Part shown: in pieces, positions 38,140 to 49,040 of the stretch | Position numbering within the stretch: position 1 is the first letter of the stretch | Layout: each line of letters begins with the position of its first letter | DNA from: Vicugna vicugna | Lineage: Eukaryota | Length of the DNA stretch: 64,000 nucleotides | NCBI GenBank assembly: GCA_013265495.1 | Contig: MU058423.1 | Location: 447,061-511,060, forward strand | Reading direction: 5' to 3' | Translations under genes and position numbers: made by a program | The notes under the pieces: model-generated | Told to the model about the DNA's origin: nothing | Database searches by the model: none | Seen by the model: only the letters and a program-made list of their open reading frames with translations

Positions 38140-38345
38140 ATGCACAGTCCTACTACCACTTACCAGATATATGACCTTGGGCTTAATTAGCCTCTGCATT
38201 TCAGTTTAATTATCAAATAATGGTAGGAGGAATTACCTACTCTAAGGTTGTAGTGAGGAAAGAATGAGAAAAATGCATGTATGAAGCTTAGACCAGGGTC
38301 CTTGGCACACAGTAGGCACAATAAATATTAGTTATTATTATCACC
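38140..38345 (+). mobile_element. MIR SINE
   Basis: accacttaccagatatatgaccttgggc...ggcacacagtaggcacaataaatattagttattatt. Confidence 0.75.
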
Positions 38346-39735
38346 ACTCAGTGTAATGCAACAAATCTTTAATGAGCAGCTATGATTTGACTCTGGACAG
38401 GGCACTGTATTAGGTGCTTTCCTGTCTTACTCCTCTTCTACACTCTCCACAGTGCCTTGAAAAACATTAAACACATAGTAGCTGATCAGTAAATGCTTTC
38501 TGATTTATTTCTGCAATATAGCTGGAGATGGCTTCCCAAAAGAGCATTTCTGCCTGTCATTGTGAATGTCTCCATTTGTCAGTACTTATACTTCTTTTGC
38601 CCCCTCCTACACCTAATTTTGGAAGAACCAATGGCTGTATGATGATACAAAGACCTGGCTCTGAGAGCCAGTTGACCTGGGGTCAGCTTTAGGTTCTACA
38701 CTAACTTCGACCTCATTAAGTTTTTTCCACCTTTGTACCTCAGGGGTTTGACTTAGAAGATGTCTCAGGTCCCTGGCATGCTTTAATTCTCAGGGAAAGG
38801 GAATGTTAAGGGAGAGGATATCATGCAGTGCCCCCAGACTCCTGGCCCTTGGATCTCAACCCTTGAAAGTGGCTGCTATTTTAAAGTGTTTTTGGCCGAG
38901 GAAGAGAATAAATGAGTATAAGAAACCCCTCAGTCATATGGGCCAGCCAATCTCTCTACTCCTAACCATGGCCATGCCTATGCTGGCCATACTCAGCATC
39001 CTCCTTTCCTTTTGTTACCCCAGCTCAGATCAAGGAAGGATTCTGTGAATATGTATATGTGTTCCCATGTGAAGTAGCTACTTTGGGAAAAAGTCATGTT
39101 GCTAAGTTGGCCATTGGCAACTTTGGCTTTTGGAAGCCAACTTTTGGGAAGAAAGAGACTACCAGTGTTTAAACTTTCGTGAAGTTGGCTAACTCTGATC
39201 AACTTGTTGGGCTGCCTTCCAGGGACCCTGGTATGTGTATATGTGATGTGTGGGTGATATGTGTGTGTGTGGTGGAGGGAGGAGTCAAACCATAGGATTC
39301 ATGAGCAAATGGAGAATGCAGCCTGGCTCAGTCCAAGAAGTGGGGTGGGAAAAACCAGGGCAGAAAGTTGACATGGCTGAGGTGAGAGGGAAGAAGGGGG
39401 ATCTCTCCGTCCTAGACATCTGAGGCTTTCCCTTCAGGGGTGTTGCCATGGAGAGAGGAGGCAGAGCCAAGGCAGAGCTCTCCAGGAACGCCGGTCACAC
39501 CCTACAGGGGCAATGCTTACCTGGGAAGCAGGAGTTAGAATCCCATGAGAGGGAAATGGAAGACATGCAGTCTTTCTTGGAAATTCAGGAAAAATTATGT
39601 GACCTTCTAACTTCTCCTACAGCCCCCTTGGGAATGACTGATTTTCAGTTCTCTTTGAAATACTTCTTACAAAAGAAAAGACCTGCTCTTGCCCTGAATT
39701 AGTTTCGACTAAATCCCTGGTTGAAAAGGCAGTGG

Positions 39736-39753
39736 GAAAAAAAAAAAAGAAAA
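39736..39753 (+). mobile_element. Poly(A)-only retroposed insertion
   Basis: gA12gA4 tract between perfect 13-bp repeats GAAAAGGCAGTGG (39723-39735, 39754-39766), preceded by TT. Confidence 0.7.
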
Positions 39754-40608
39754 GAAAAGGCAGTGGAGGTACCTGACCAAGTATGAGAGAAGGATGTGGG
39801 AAGAGAGAGGATGGAGAGGAGCCCGTCTCCTACTTTGCTGAGGGCAGGAGCAGCCCCGGGGCAGATGGACCCTCTTGTCTCCCCAGCTTTGATTTGTGCT
39901 TTATTCTAAGACTCTATATCCTGAAGAGCACATTGAAAGGGAATGCTTTTAAGAGCTGCCTTGTACCTGCCAAGAGCATGGTAATGAGTTGGCAGGGCAG
40001 AGTCCCATTGTGGAAACCTGTGTGCGGGATGGCTCCAAGTAGGAGACTGACGTTCTTCTGTCAGGTGCCTGGGGTACACCTTGTTCCAGCAGGTAGGGCC
40101 TGGAGTGGGAGGTTTCCGTGTCCTCTGCAGGGATCATGGGGCTGCAAAAGGGAGGAGGAGGGAGAATGGTAAAATCTGGGGAATTTGTGAACTGGCAAAG
40201 CGCATGTGGGCTAGAGCATCTGCAGCAGCTGACCTAGGGGCACCTCTGAACCCATTCAGACTCATGCGGTCAGCCCCAGGACCAGGCTCCACTGCCAACT
40301 TCCTTCTCTGGGAAACCTTCCAGAAACCCTCAGCACTGCCCTCTGTCCGCCCTGGTACATCCCCTGACTTAGCTCTTACCATATGATATGGAAATGACTT
40401 GACACTGTGTCTCCCCATCTAGATTGAGAGATCCTTCAGGGACTGTGTCTTCCTTATCCTGCACTGCTGTGCCTGGCAGGTATCACGGATGCAGTAAGTC
40501 AGTCAAACTGAAAGCGTAGCACATGGTGGGCACAACACAAAGGCTCTCTCCCTTCCCTCCTGAATATGGTCACAGTTGACTTTTGACTTAAAATTAAGAC
40601 CACTCAGG

Positions 40609-40725
40609 TTTTTTTTTTGGAGGGTGTAGGTAATTAGGTTTACTTATTTTTATTTATTTTTTAACATAGGTACTGGGGGTTGAACCCAGGACCTTGTGCA
40701 TGCTAAGCATGCACTCTACCTCCCC
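40609..40725 (-). mobile_element. tRNA-derived SINE (vic-1-like) with A-box deletion
   Basis: ggtaattaggtttac...gtactgggggttgaacccaggaccttgtgcatgctaagcatgcactctacc|tcccc. Confidence 0.85.
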
Positions 40726-43700
40726 ACTTGATCACTCACTTTGAAGATGTACAACTTTCCCACCCTTGTCATCTTCTACCTGCCCCCTCCCACCTTCCTG
40801 CCCCGTCCCCCTACAGCCCCCTAATCTCACAGCCTGGGCTCAGGGAATAATGGCTAACCATTGCTGAATGTGCCTCCACTCCACGTATAAATTTCGAAGC
40901 CTAGAGAGAGACCACCAGGAGGGTCGTCCACTCCGGGACATGACCCATGCTGCTGGGCCCCTCCATTGGCATGCATTGCTAAGAGTTGGCTGTGGAGCCC
41001 ACTCCTCGACCGTCCCTCCCCCTTTATGAACCCCAGCTCAGATGGAGCCAGGTAGAGCCACTCTGCTATAAGAAATGATCTCTGCTTCTTGCCAAGGAAG
41101 AAAAGTAGGACCAGAAGCCTCTTCCTTGGGCGCAAATTAATTAATCACTTGTCTTTCCCCTTGAATCAACACAACTAAAGAATATCTTTTGCCTCTTCCT
41201 CCTTTCCCCTCCGCCCTCTGCATCGCCCATCAGCCTCTTATTATTCTAACATGTCCTCTTCTTGCTCTTGTGCTCTTGTCAGTGTCGTCAGTGACTTCAC
41301 CTGGGAAGGCTAGTCCACATTGCAGCCCAGCTCTCGTCTTCCTCTTCCCATCATCTTTCTCCCACCCTAACCTCTCTTTTCCTCCGGTTACAGTCAGCCT
41401 GTTCTGGAGTGATACCAGCTGTGGGAAACTACAGATGTCCTTGCCTGTCCATGTCACATAAAGGGAAGGCCCTCGAGCTACCTCTGAGAGGGAGACTTCA
41501 GAATAAGGAAGTGGGGCCTGGTGGAGGGAGAGGGGAGCAGCAGAGTCATTTATCATGGCTAAATGGAAATTTATTGCCATAGGCCCGGGGGCTATAGAAA
41601 AGCTTCAGCTCAGCTGGCAAAGGGAACAGGAACTCCAGCGATCGCTAGAAAAACAAGCTACATCCCCAAATCAATCCATTGGCTGGTGGTTGTTATTTTT
41701 AAGGTGCGGTGGCACTGGGCTCCCTGGCAGCTCTGGGGCCTGGGTAGCCTGAGGTCAGATGGCATGAAGAACTGGGTTGCCCATCTCTCTGATGGCCCCA
41801 CTGGGTCTTAGCTCTGGGCAGTCGTGGCCAGGGCTCAAGTGTGAGTTCTTCTGTCTGTCTCCTCCCCTTTCCGTGAGGCGGGGGCAAACCCTCCCTGGCC
41901 ATTCTGCTCACATTTCAGGAGAGCTCGATCAACAAACCTGGACAGCAAACCAGTGTTTACTAACTGCCAGCACTTCCCCAGACACCGTGGGGGATGTGAA
42001 AGTCTATGGTGTGTCTCCACCCCTCATACTGCTTGTAATCTTGTTGAGGAGAGAAGACTAACACGATTGAAGTTGAGAGGACAGAAGGGCTTGACTGGAG
42101 TGTGCAAAAGCAGGAGTGTGGAGAAGAGAGGGCTCCAGCTGAGCTGGGGGTCAATCAATGAATTCCTTAAATCTGTACAGTAATTTTACAAAACTTACCT
42201 TATTTTGGTATTTTGATTCTCATGTCAACATTTCTGTTGTGGGCAATCATGATTTCATCATTTTAAAGGGGGGACAACTGAGGTTGAGAAAGTTGAAGCC
42301 ATGAGTGGACTTGAACAGCCGTGTTCCGACTTTGAGTTCCCTACTCCTTTTGTTATATTGTGTCAAGGATTTAAAGGAGACAAGACTCAAGGTAAGGAGG
42401 ATTTAGATTAATGAAAAGCAAAGAGAATGAAAATTCAAGTAGGAGAAATGGCATGAGCAGGATGTATGCTTGGCATATAGCAGAGGTTTAAGAGTGTTGG
42501 GTGAAGGTATAAGTATACAAATGAATTCAACGTAAAATAGACAAATGTTCCCCATGTCCTGGAACAGGGAGGGGATGGAGAGGGGAGCAGCAGAGTCACT
42601 GTCGTGGTTAAATGGACATTTATTGCTCTAATCTCAGGACTAGAAAAAGGCTTTACTAGTGTCCAGGGCATGTACCTCAGAACAATGGGGGAAGATGGGT
42701 GAATGAGTCAGGTGTGGCTGGAGGATGGAGGCCTGGGGGTCCAGGCAGAGGAGTCTGGGTTGATGTCAGAGGCCCAGAGAAAGTCACTGAGATTCTGGAA
42801 CAAGTGCATTTGCCCCGAAGTCAAGGGAGTCATGCCTCCCTGTGTATATCCATGCCTAGAGAGGTAGTGAACCCAACAGCCAGAGGCCAGACCTGCACTG
42901 AGTCAGAAGATGACAGTCCTGAGCCCAGGTTTCTTCCACCCTGAGTGAGTCTCAAAACCTCTCCAAACTTCAGCTTCCCGCTTCTTCAGAGCTCGGATGA
43001 AATGTTACTGCCCTGATACTCTGATTAAGCCAGACCCTCTGTCATATGGCAACTCCTACTTCTCCCCTGTGGCACTTGTCACAGTTGTAATTAGTTGTCT
43101 AATATCTGCAGGCCCAGGAGGACAGGGGCCAGACCTGTCATGGTCAGGGCTGAATCCCTAGCTCTGAGCATGGAACTGGGAAAAGTTCTCAAGAAATACT
43201 GGTTTAATGAGTGAATAGGTTTGTATAATGTGTATAATAATGTTAACTCAGAGAGCAGTTGGGAGGATCAGAAGTCATCTGGTGAGTCCTTTGCAGGTAA
43301 ATGGGAGAAATTATCATTATGGGGACCTGGATAAAGACAATGTTGAGAGTCTGGAGGCGGGAAGGACCTCCAGAGGCGGTCATCCAGGGGATATGAGGGT
43401 GGGGAGGGGTTAGACAGTTGGAAGAAAGAATGACAAAGACCAGCGCCAGGCTTTCCATATACGGAATGAAGGAAGGAAGAAACTCTCCAGGTTCTCAGCC
43501 AGAAAATGAAGAGCGTGGAAATGTCCTCCAGGGTGGCGGTGGGCGGGCGAGGAGAGCCCTCCTGCTCAAGGGCTGCCTCCCACGCTCCTCTCAAAAGCTT
43601 CGGCTGCTCCTCTTCGTTTTCCCTTTCTGTACTGTCTCTGACTCGCCCTCATTCTCTGTTGTGGTGTTTCTTGGCCTCGCTTTATATTTGATAGTCTTTG

Positions 43701-44539
43701 CCCCTCCCTGCCTCTGACTCCACCTGGCACCTTCTATTTTGTCTAATTCATCTTCCCACGCCTCTTCCCTCTCCACATCTTCACTTCCCGTCTCTACTCA
43801 GTACTTTTCCCCTTTCGAAGGTTTCTCTTTTCCAGCCCCTCTCTCCTACCAGCTGTTTGCTCTTTCTGGCTTCCCAGTGGCGTAGTGAAATCTGCCAGGT
43901 GAATCAGTATCAACATGGAAGATTTCTTTTGGTCCCTCTTCTCTCAACTCTTCCCCACCCTGCCTTCTGTCTCCAGTGTCCCCTCAGTTCTCCCTTCTCG
44001 CTGAATTGGAGATCACGCTGATGCCTGCCGACTAGGGCAGCATGCCCTGGCACTGAGGATCCTTCAGCCTCTTTTCTATCCTTTTCTATGAGTCTCCTTG
44101 TTCGAACTGAGCTTTCCCTCCCCTGGGATTCATCCTCCATCCCCTGACCTGGAATGCCCTCAGCTGTCCCCTTATCTACCCTTGCTCTTGCCTCTCTCCT
44201 TCTTCCTAACCTGATAATGAGGCAAGTATCTCACTGCCTCCTGTGTCTTAATTTAATGCCCGGTGCATTTGTCATCACATCAGACTGCCTGTCCAGAATG
44301 AGCTGTCAGGGGACGTGGACCTGGCTAATGTCACTCTCTTTCAGTCTCACTGAGTGTTATACCAAAGTAGGCTCTTTGTAAACCCTTCTGATACTAACAT
44401 TCCTGATGTGGCTGATGAAGACGTCAATAAGTGAGATGAATCATGGCAATGTTCTGGAGCCATGCCTGGCACATAATAGGTATTCCATAACCATTAGTAG
44501 ACTCTTAATCTGAATGATAATGTTAATTGCTTTTCAAAG

Positions 44540-44960
44540 CTCCTTTATTTTGATTGCAAATAGTGAAGATCAACTCAGAGGAGCTTGAGGAAGAAGGAGA
44601 CTCTCTGGGGTGTTGACGAGTCTAGACCCAAGGTCAGGGCATGCATTTGGGCTTCATCAGAGTCAGGAACCAGGGGCTAGGAAGCTGTCAGGGCCTGGGA
44701 CAGCCACTGTCTGGCCGTGTGGTCTCATCCCTTTCCCTGTGCGTCTGCTTCATTCTCTTTCTCTGCAGACTAGCTTCCTTGGCTCTTCTGTGTACATGGC
44801 AGAATGTGGCCACCCTCACCTCATTATCAGTCTTCTCTCTAAGCTCCACCAACCCATATTCTGGTTCTTCAAGTCCCTGTTTGTGGAAGAGAAATGTGAT
44901 GGCCCTGTTGAGGTTAAGCGCCCCCTCTGGCCCCTCAGCTGTCACTTTCCACAAACAGGC
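44540..44960 (-). mobile_element. Old MaLR (MLT1-type) LTR
   Basis: ttgattgcaaatagtgaagatcaactcag...ctctgcagactagcttcctt...acatggcagaatgtggcc. Confidence 0.55.
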
Positions 44961-46684
44961 ACAGGAGTGTTCCCCTCCAGAGTGACTGCAGCAATTCTTA
45001 AGAGGGTATGTGTTGATCGAGGGGTAGTGGTGTGAAGACAGGGCAGATATGACAGAAAGTGCCTCTTACATAATTACAGTGGGAAGAAAGATGGCTGTCA
45101 GATTTGACCTACCCATGTCAGTCCACCTGCACTCTCTCACACAGTATCTTTGGACTTGTGCATCCTGGTTGGGGATCACGCCACGAAGTCTGGTTCCCAG
45201 ATCGGTGCTGAACTCAGCTCATCTGATGTGAAGAAGGCAGTCCCAGAACTCACCTAGATTCTCCACCCTGGCAAGATCCTTTAGGTCCGACCCCAACTCA
45301 TTTCCTGTCTCTCCCAAGGAAGGGAGGTTCATAAAGGCTAGCCATGCCTGAGTGGCAGCTCCTTCACAGAAGCTGATTACAAAGCCAAAAGCACTTCAGC
45401 TCCTGGCAAAGATAAAGAGAAGCATCTTCCCACGCTGGCTGCAGCGATAGATGGGTTTGCTTTTCTGCAAGTGATTGCTTTGGCTCAGATAAGGAGCCCA
45501 AGTGGCTGGCCAGCCAGCAGATTTCCTATAATCTCTTTCCTAAGATTTGAGCTCAAACAACCTCAGTCACCCTCCCCATCAGGCCCCCACCTTTTGCAAT
45601 ATCTGCTTTGTGATCTCCTCTGAGAAGAAACAAATGTTTGGGCCTCTTAGAAGGTCTGGAGGCTCTGGAAGCACCAGATGCTGGGAAAAAGCAAAGTCCA
45701 CCCAGCAAGGGAGTACTGTGTTTAAGAACTCAGGCCTGGAGTGGGCAGAATGGGGCTTGCATCCTGGTGGGTTACCCAGCAATTTAGCAAGTGTACTTCT
45801 TATGATTATTTTTATTTATATTTTAAATCATAGGAAAACAAAGAACTTTGTGAATTTCTTTACATTTATTTTATGGTCTAGGTTTGTTTCTCTTTTGCAT
45901 TATATTTCAAGGGAATGTCATAATCTTTTCAGTGCCTTGGGCCTTTAAATTCTGGGTCCTTTATTTATTAAATATGTGACCTGGGTCAACTAAGTAAGAT
46001 GGGGCAAATTATAGCCCAATCCCATTGGGTTATTCTGGGGATAAAATGGGATTATCCACATGAGTCTGTGCCCAGCACCTGCCATGTTGCAAGCACTCTC
46101 TGAACTGTAGCTTTTACTTTGGTTTTATAAAGTGAGACGGGCATTTAAAAATATGGGCCTGGAGTTGGCAAACAGCCATGTCCTGATAGCTGTCCCATGG
46201 GCATGACCATTCTGGACTGTGCCCCAGGCTAGGTCCTGAAGAACCGTCACTTGAGGAGAAGAACCTGAGGTTTGGGGTGTGGGGTCAGGGTCAGGGAGCA
46301 GAAGCAGAGGCTATCCTGATTTTCCCAAGACTTCAACATCTGGAAATATGCTAAAAATCAAGTGCTAACATCGTATATTCCACTTAGATGGACTCTTTCT
46401 CATTCAGTTTCTCTCCTTGCTTTGAGATCCACGTGGTAGATGTCATTCTATCTCTAGAAAAGGCTGTCCTCTGGCCCCAAACTGACCTTTAGGAATCCCC
46501 TTCTTGAAGTTGACCTACCCTCCCTCACTCTTCGGTCACCTGTTTTTTATTCTACACTGTCAGGAAGTTCTCTTTCAAGTTTCCCCTAACGACTGGGGTT
46601 TTCTCTGAGTCTCCTGTGATTAGAGGGTACTGGGAAACATTCTAGATTCTTTGCCTGCCTCTTGGTAAGAGAACGGTTTGGTTG

Positions 46685-46728
46685 ATTCATTCATTCATTC
46701 ATTCATTCATTCATTCATTCATTCATTC
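46685..46728. repeat. (ATTC)11 microsatellite, probably an expanded L2 tail
   Basis: 11 perfect units followed by ttgagcactgaccaaggaccaggctctgtgctgggc (antisense L2-like). Confidence 0.9.
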
Positions 46729-47254
46729 TCCTTGAGCACTGACCAAGGACCAGGCTCTGTGCTGGGCAATGGGTGTCCAGGTCTTTGTGAAACACTTAAT
46801 CACCTGACCCATTGAGTTGCCAGGGAAGGGGGTCTACCACTAAATCCTGCTTCTTCAGGTGGTAAGAGAGGGGTTCCCACATGTCATATTCAATTTTGCT
46901 CCTAAGCCTACTGGCTGATTCTCTAATTGAAGTTTGCACACAGAGTAAGTTTTGTTAATATCTGGCTTCTCTGACAGGGGATAATGTTCCTTCGTGTACT
47001 AATTGGCTTTCCGGGATCATCCACGTTTTCCCACTTCTCAAATGAAACTCATCCTGGACCCTCTTCAACAAATAGAATCCTGGCATTTGCATAAATGATG
47101 AAATCTGGCCTTACCAGTTGGGCTAGGGAGCTTCTCAGCTCGCTTACTCAGGACTCAATCCTCATGGCCATGGGACAGCGGCGCAGGGAAGAGTGGGGTC
47201 TTTGCCCCCAGCCGGTAGGCAGCAGGCACATGATGGTCAGAGGTGAGTTAGCAG

Positions 47255-47480
47255 AAGAGCTTTAGCTTTGGAGCTCAGTCTCGGCTCTGCCATCATTAAC
47301 CGTAAAGCCGTGGGCAAATTCCTGAGTTCTTTGTGTCTCAGTTATCTCATCTGCAAAATGGGGCTAATAGCTCTGCACTATTGTAACAATTAAATTAGAT
47401 CATGCAGGTATAGCACTGAATACTGTGTTTGAGCCAGAGTGAGCACTTGGTGAATAAAAACAATAATGACAATTAGTATT
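47255..47480 (+). mobile_element. MIR SINE
   Basis: gtctcagttatctcatctgcaaaatggggctaatag. Confidence 0.75.
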
Positions 47481-47609
47481 TTCATGGTGGAAGAGGCAAC
47501 CAGGGCCTGGAAAGGACCCTGCGTTCTGGGATTTGTTGGCCGGCTCCATGAAGGTGGCCACCTCATGCTGTAGTAGAAAGAAGGAAAAAAGGGGAAACTG
47601 CCTTTATTA

Positions 47610-47795
47610 AGACAGACACAGTGTTAGGTGAGTTATATGTTTTGTCACTTGACTTTCAAACACCCCCTTGAGGTGGGTATTAGAGCCCCCCCTTTCCAGA
47701 GAAGGACACTGCCAGGGACTCTTAATACTTTGTGCCAAGATTACAAGGCCAGAAGGGCGGGCAGGATTTGAAACCACGTCTGCCTGAGCCCACCT
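47610..47795 (-). mobile_element. MIR SINE (diverged)
   Basis: gaggtgggtattagagccccc...tgccaagattacaagg...ggatttgaaaccacgtctgcctgagccc. Confidence 0.6.
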
Positions 47796-47827
47796 CATTC
47801 CCTGTCTACCTCAAAGAAGGGAGATTC

Positions 47828-48032
47828 TTCTTTTTTATTAATTAGCTATAGTTGACGTATAATATTATATAAGTTTCAGGTGTACAACATAGCGATTCAC
47901 AATTTTTAAAGGTTCTAGTCTATTTATAGTTATTATGAAATATTGGCTTTATTCACTGTGCTGTATTATATATCCTGGTAGCTTATTTATTTTATACATA
48001 GTAATTCGTACCTCTTAATCTCCTACCCCTTT
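47828..48032 (-). mobile_element. 5'-truncated L1 3' end (older Laurasiatherian-type)
   Basis: T tail then tatagttgacgtataatattatataagtttcaggtgtacaacatagcgattcacaatttttaaagg...gtacctcttaatctcctacccct; flanked by target copies 1 and 2. Confidence 0.85.
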
Positions 48033-48047
48033 AAGGAAGGGAGATTC

Positions 48048-48080
48048 ATTGCTTCTTGGCCTTTTGGCTAAGATCAAGTG
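48048..48080 (+). pseudogene. RNU2: 3'-truncated, tail-less U2 snRNA retropseudogene (nt 1-33)
   Basis: ATTGCTTCTTGGCCTTTTGGCTAAGATCAAGTG vs U2 ATCGCTTCTCGGCCTTTTGGCTAAGATCAAGTG: two differences, both CpG>TpG; perfect 15-bp TSD. Confidence 0.93.
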
Positions 48081-48095
48081 AAGGAAGGGAGATTC

Positions 48096-48610
48096 TTTTT
48101 TGTTTTTTAATTTAACAGGTGCTTTACTATGAAAGTAACTTAATCAATGTCCATAATATAGATGACTTTCGCAATCCAGTAAACAACTAAAAAAGTTTTA
48201 TAGTCCAATAATAAATGTAAGTTTCTAATTTGAATGAAGTCTAAAAATAACAAATCAGGGCCCTGGGCATACAAAAGGCAAATAATTCAAAGGAAGCTCA
48301 TAGTTCAGAATCACCCTACTGTTGTGCAAAACCCACAGCCATTTTTTTTGTAGTAATTGGGTTTAACAGTATTATAATTCTAATGAACAAGTTAAGCCAG
48401 GGATCTCTAAATTTTGGAATCCCAGTATTAATCGATTACAAATAAGTATTAGCTCACATCTGTCACCAGTGACTCAGGAGTTTATTTCTAATGAATTGAC
48501 CATTATATTTCCAAAGTTCTGAATGGCCAACAGACCGCAGAAAGACATTTCTTTAGGCTCCTACTTGAAACCAACAGCTTCAGCAAACTACTGGCTGTGA
48601 TTCAGGGCCA
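48096..48610 (-). pseudogene. 5'-truncated processed retrocopy of an unidentified polyadenylated RNA (3' UTR-like)
   Basis: T tract at 48096-48108 (antisense A tail); AGTAAA variant poly(A) signal shortly upstream on the minus strand; AT-rich body not recognised as a repeat; perfect 15-bp TSD. Confidence 0.7.
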
Positions 48611-48859
48611 AAGGAAGGGAGATTCTTAAATGTTAGCAGGAGAAAAGAGAAGAGTAGATGTGCTGATTCGTCTACTCGGGCCTGGGCCCTCTGCACATAC
48701 CATCTGCCTTAACTGCCCTATTTTGCAGATAAAAACAGCGAAGCTCAGAGGAAAACGGCCTGGCCTGGGACAGAGCAGGCATGGGGCTTGGGTCTGTCCG
48801 CCTGCCAGGCTGGTGCTCCTTCCCGAGTGCCTGGAACGGCCCTGCTCAGCCCTAAGCCA

Positions 48860-49040
48860 CCTGTGTGACCTTGGGCAGGTCACCTAACTCATCTACACTG
48901 CAGCTTCTTTGGCGATAAAACAGAAAAGATGAGAGCCGCCCTGCCTGCTTCTTAGCACTTCAAGGAGGCTCAGATGAGATAATGGATGTGAGAGGGCTTT
49001 ATAAACTGGAAAGCTCTGCAGAGATGGAGGGGTTATTACC
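48860..49040 (+). mobile_element. MIR SINE
   Basis: ctgtgtgaccttgggcaggtcacctaac...gatgagataatggatgtgagagggctttataaactgg. Confidence 0.7.

Noticed and set aside
48048..48080. Functional U2 snRNA gene
   Set aside because: Only 33 nt; no Sm site, no 3' stem-loops and no snRNA promoter context.
47813..48625. CRISPR-like repeat-spacer array
   Set aside because: Mammalian context, no cas genes, 15-bp repeats and very unequal spacers that are retroposed RNAs; TSDs explain the pattern.
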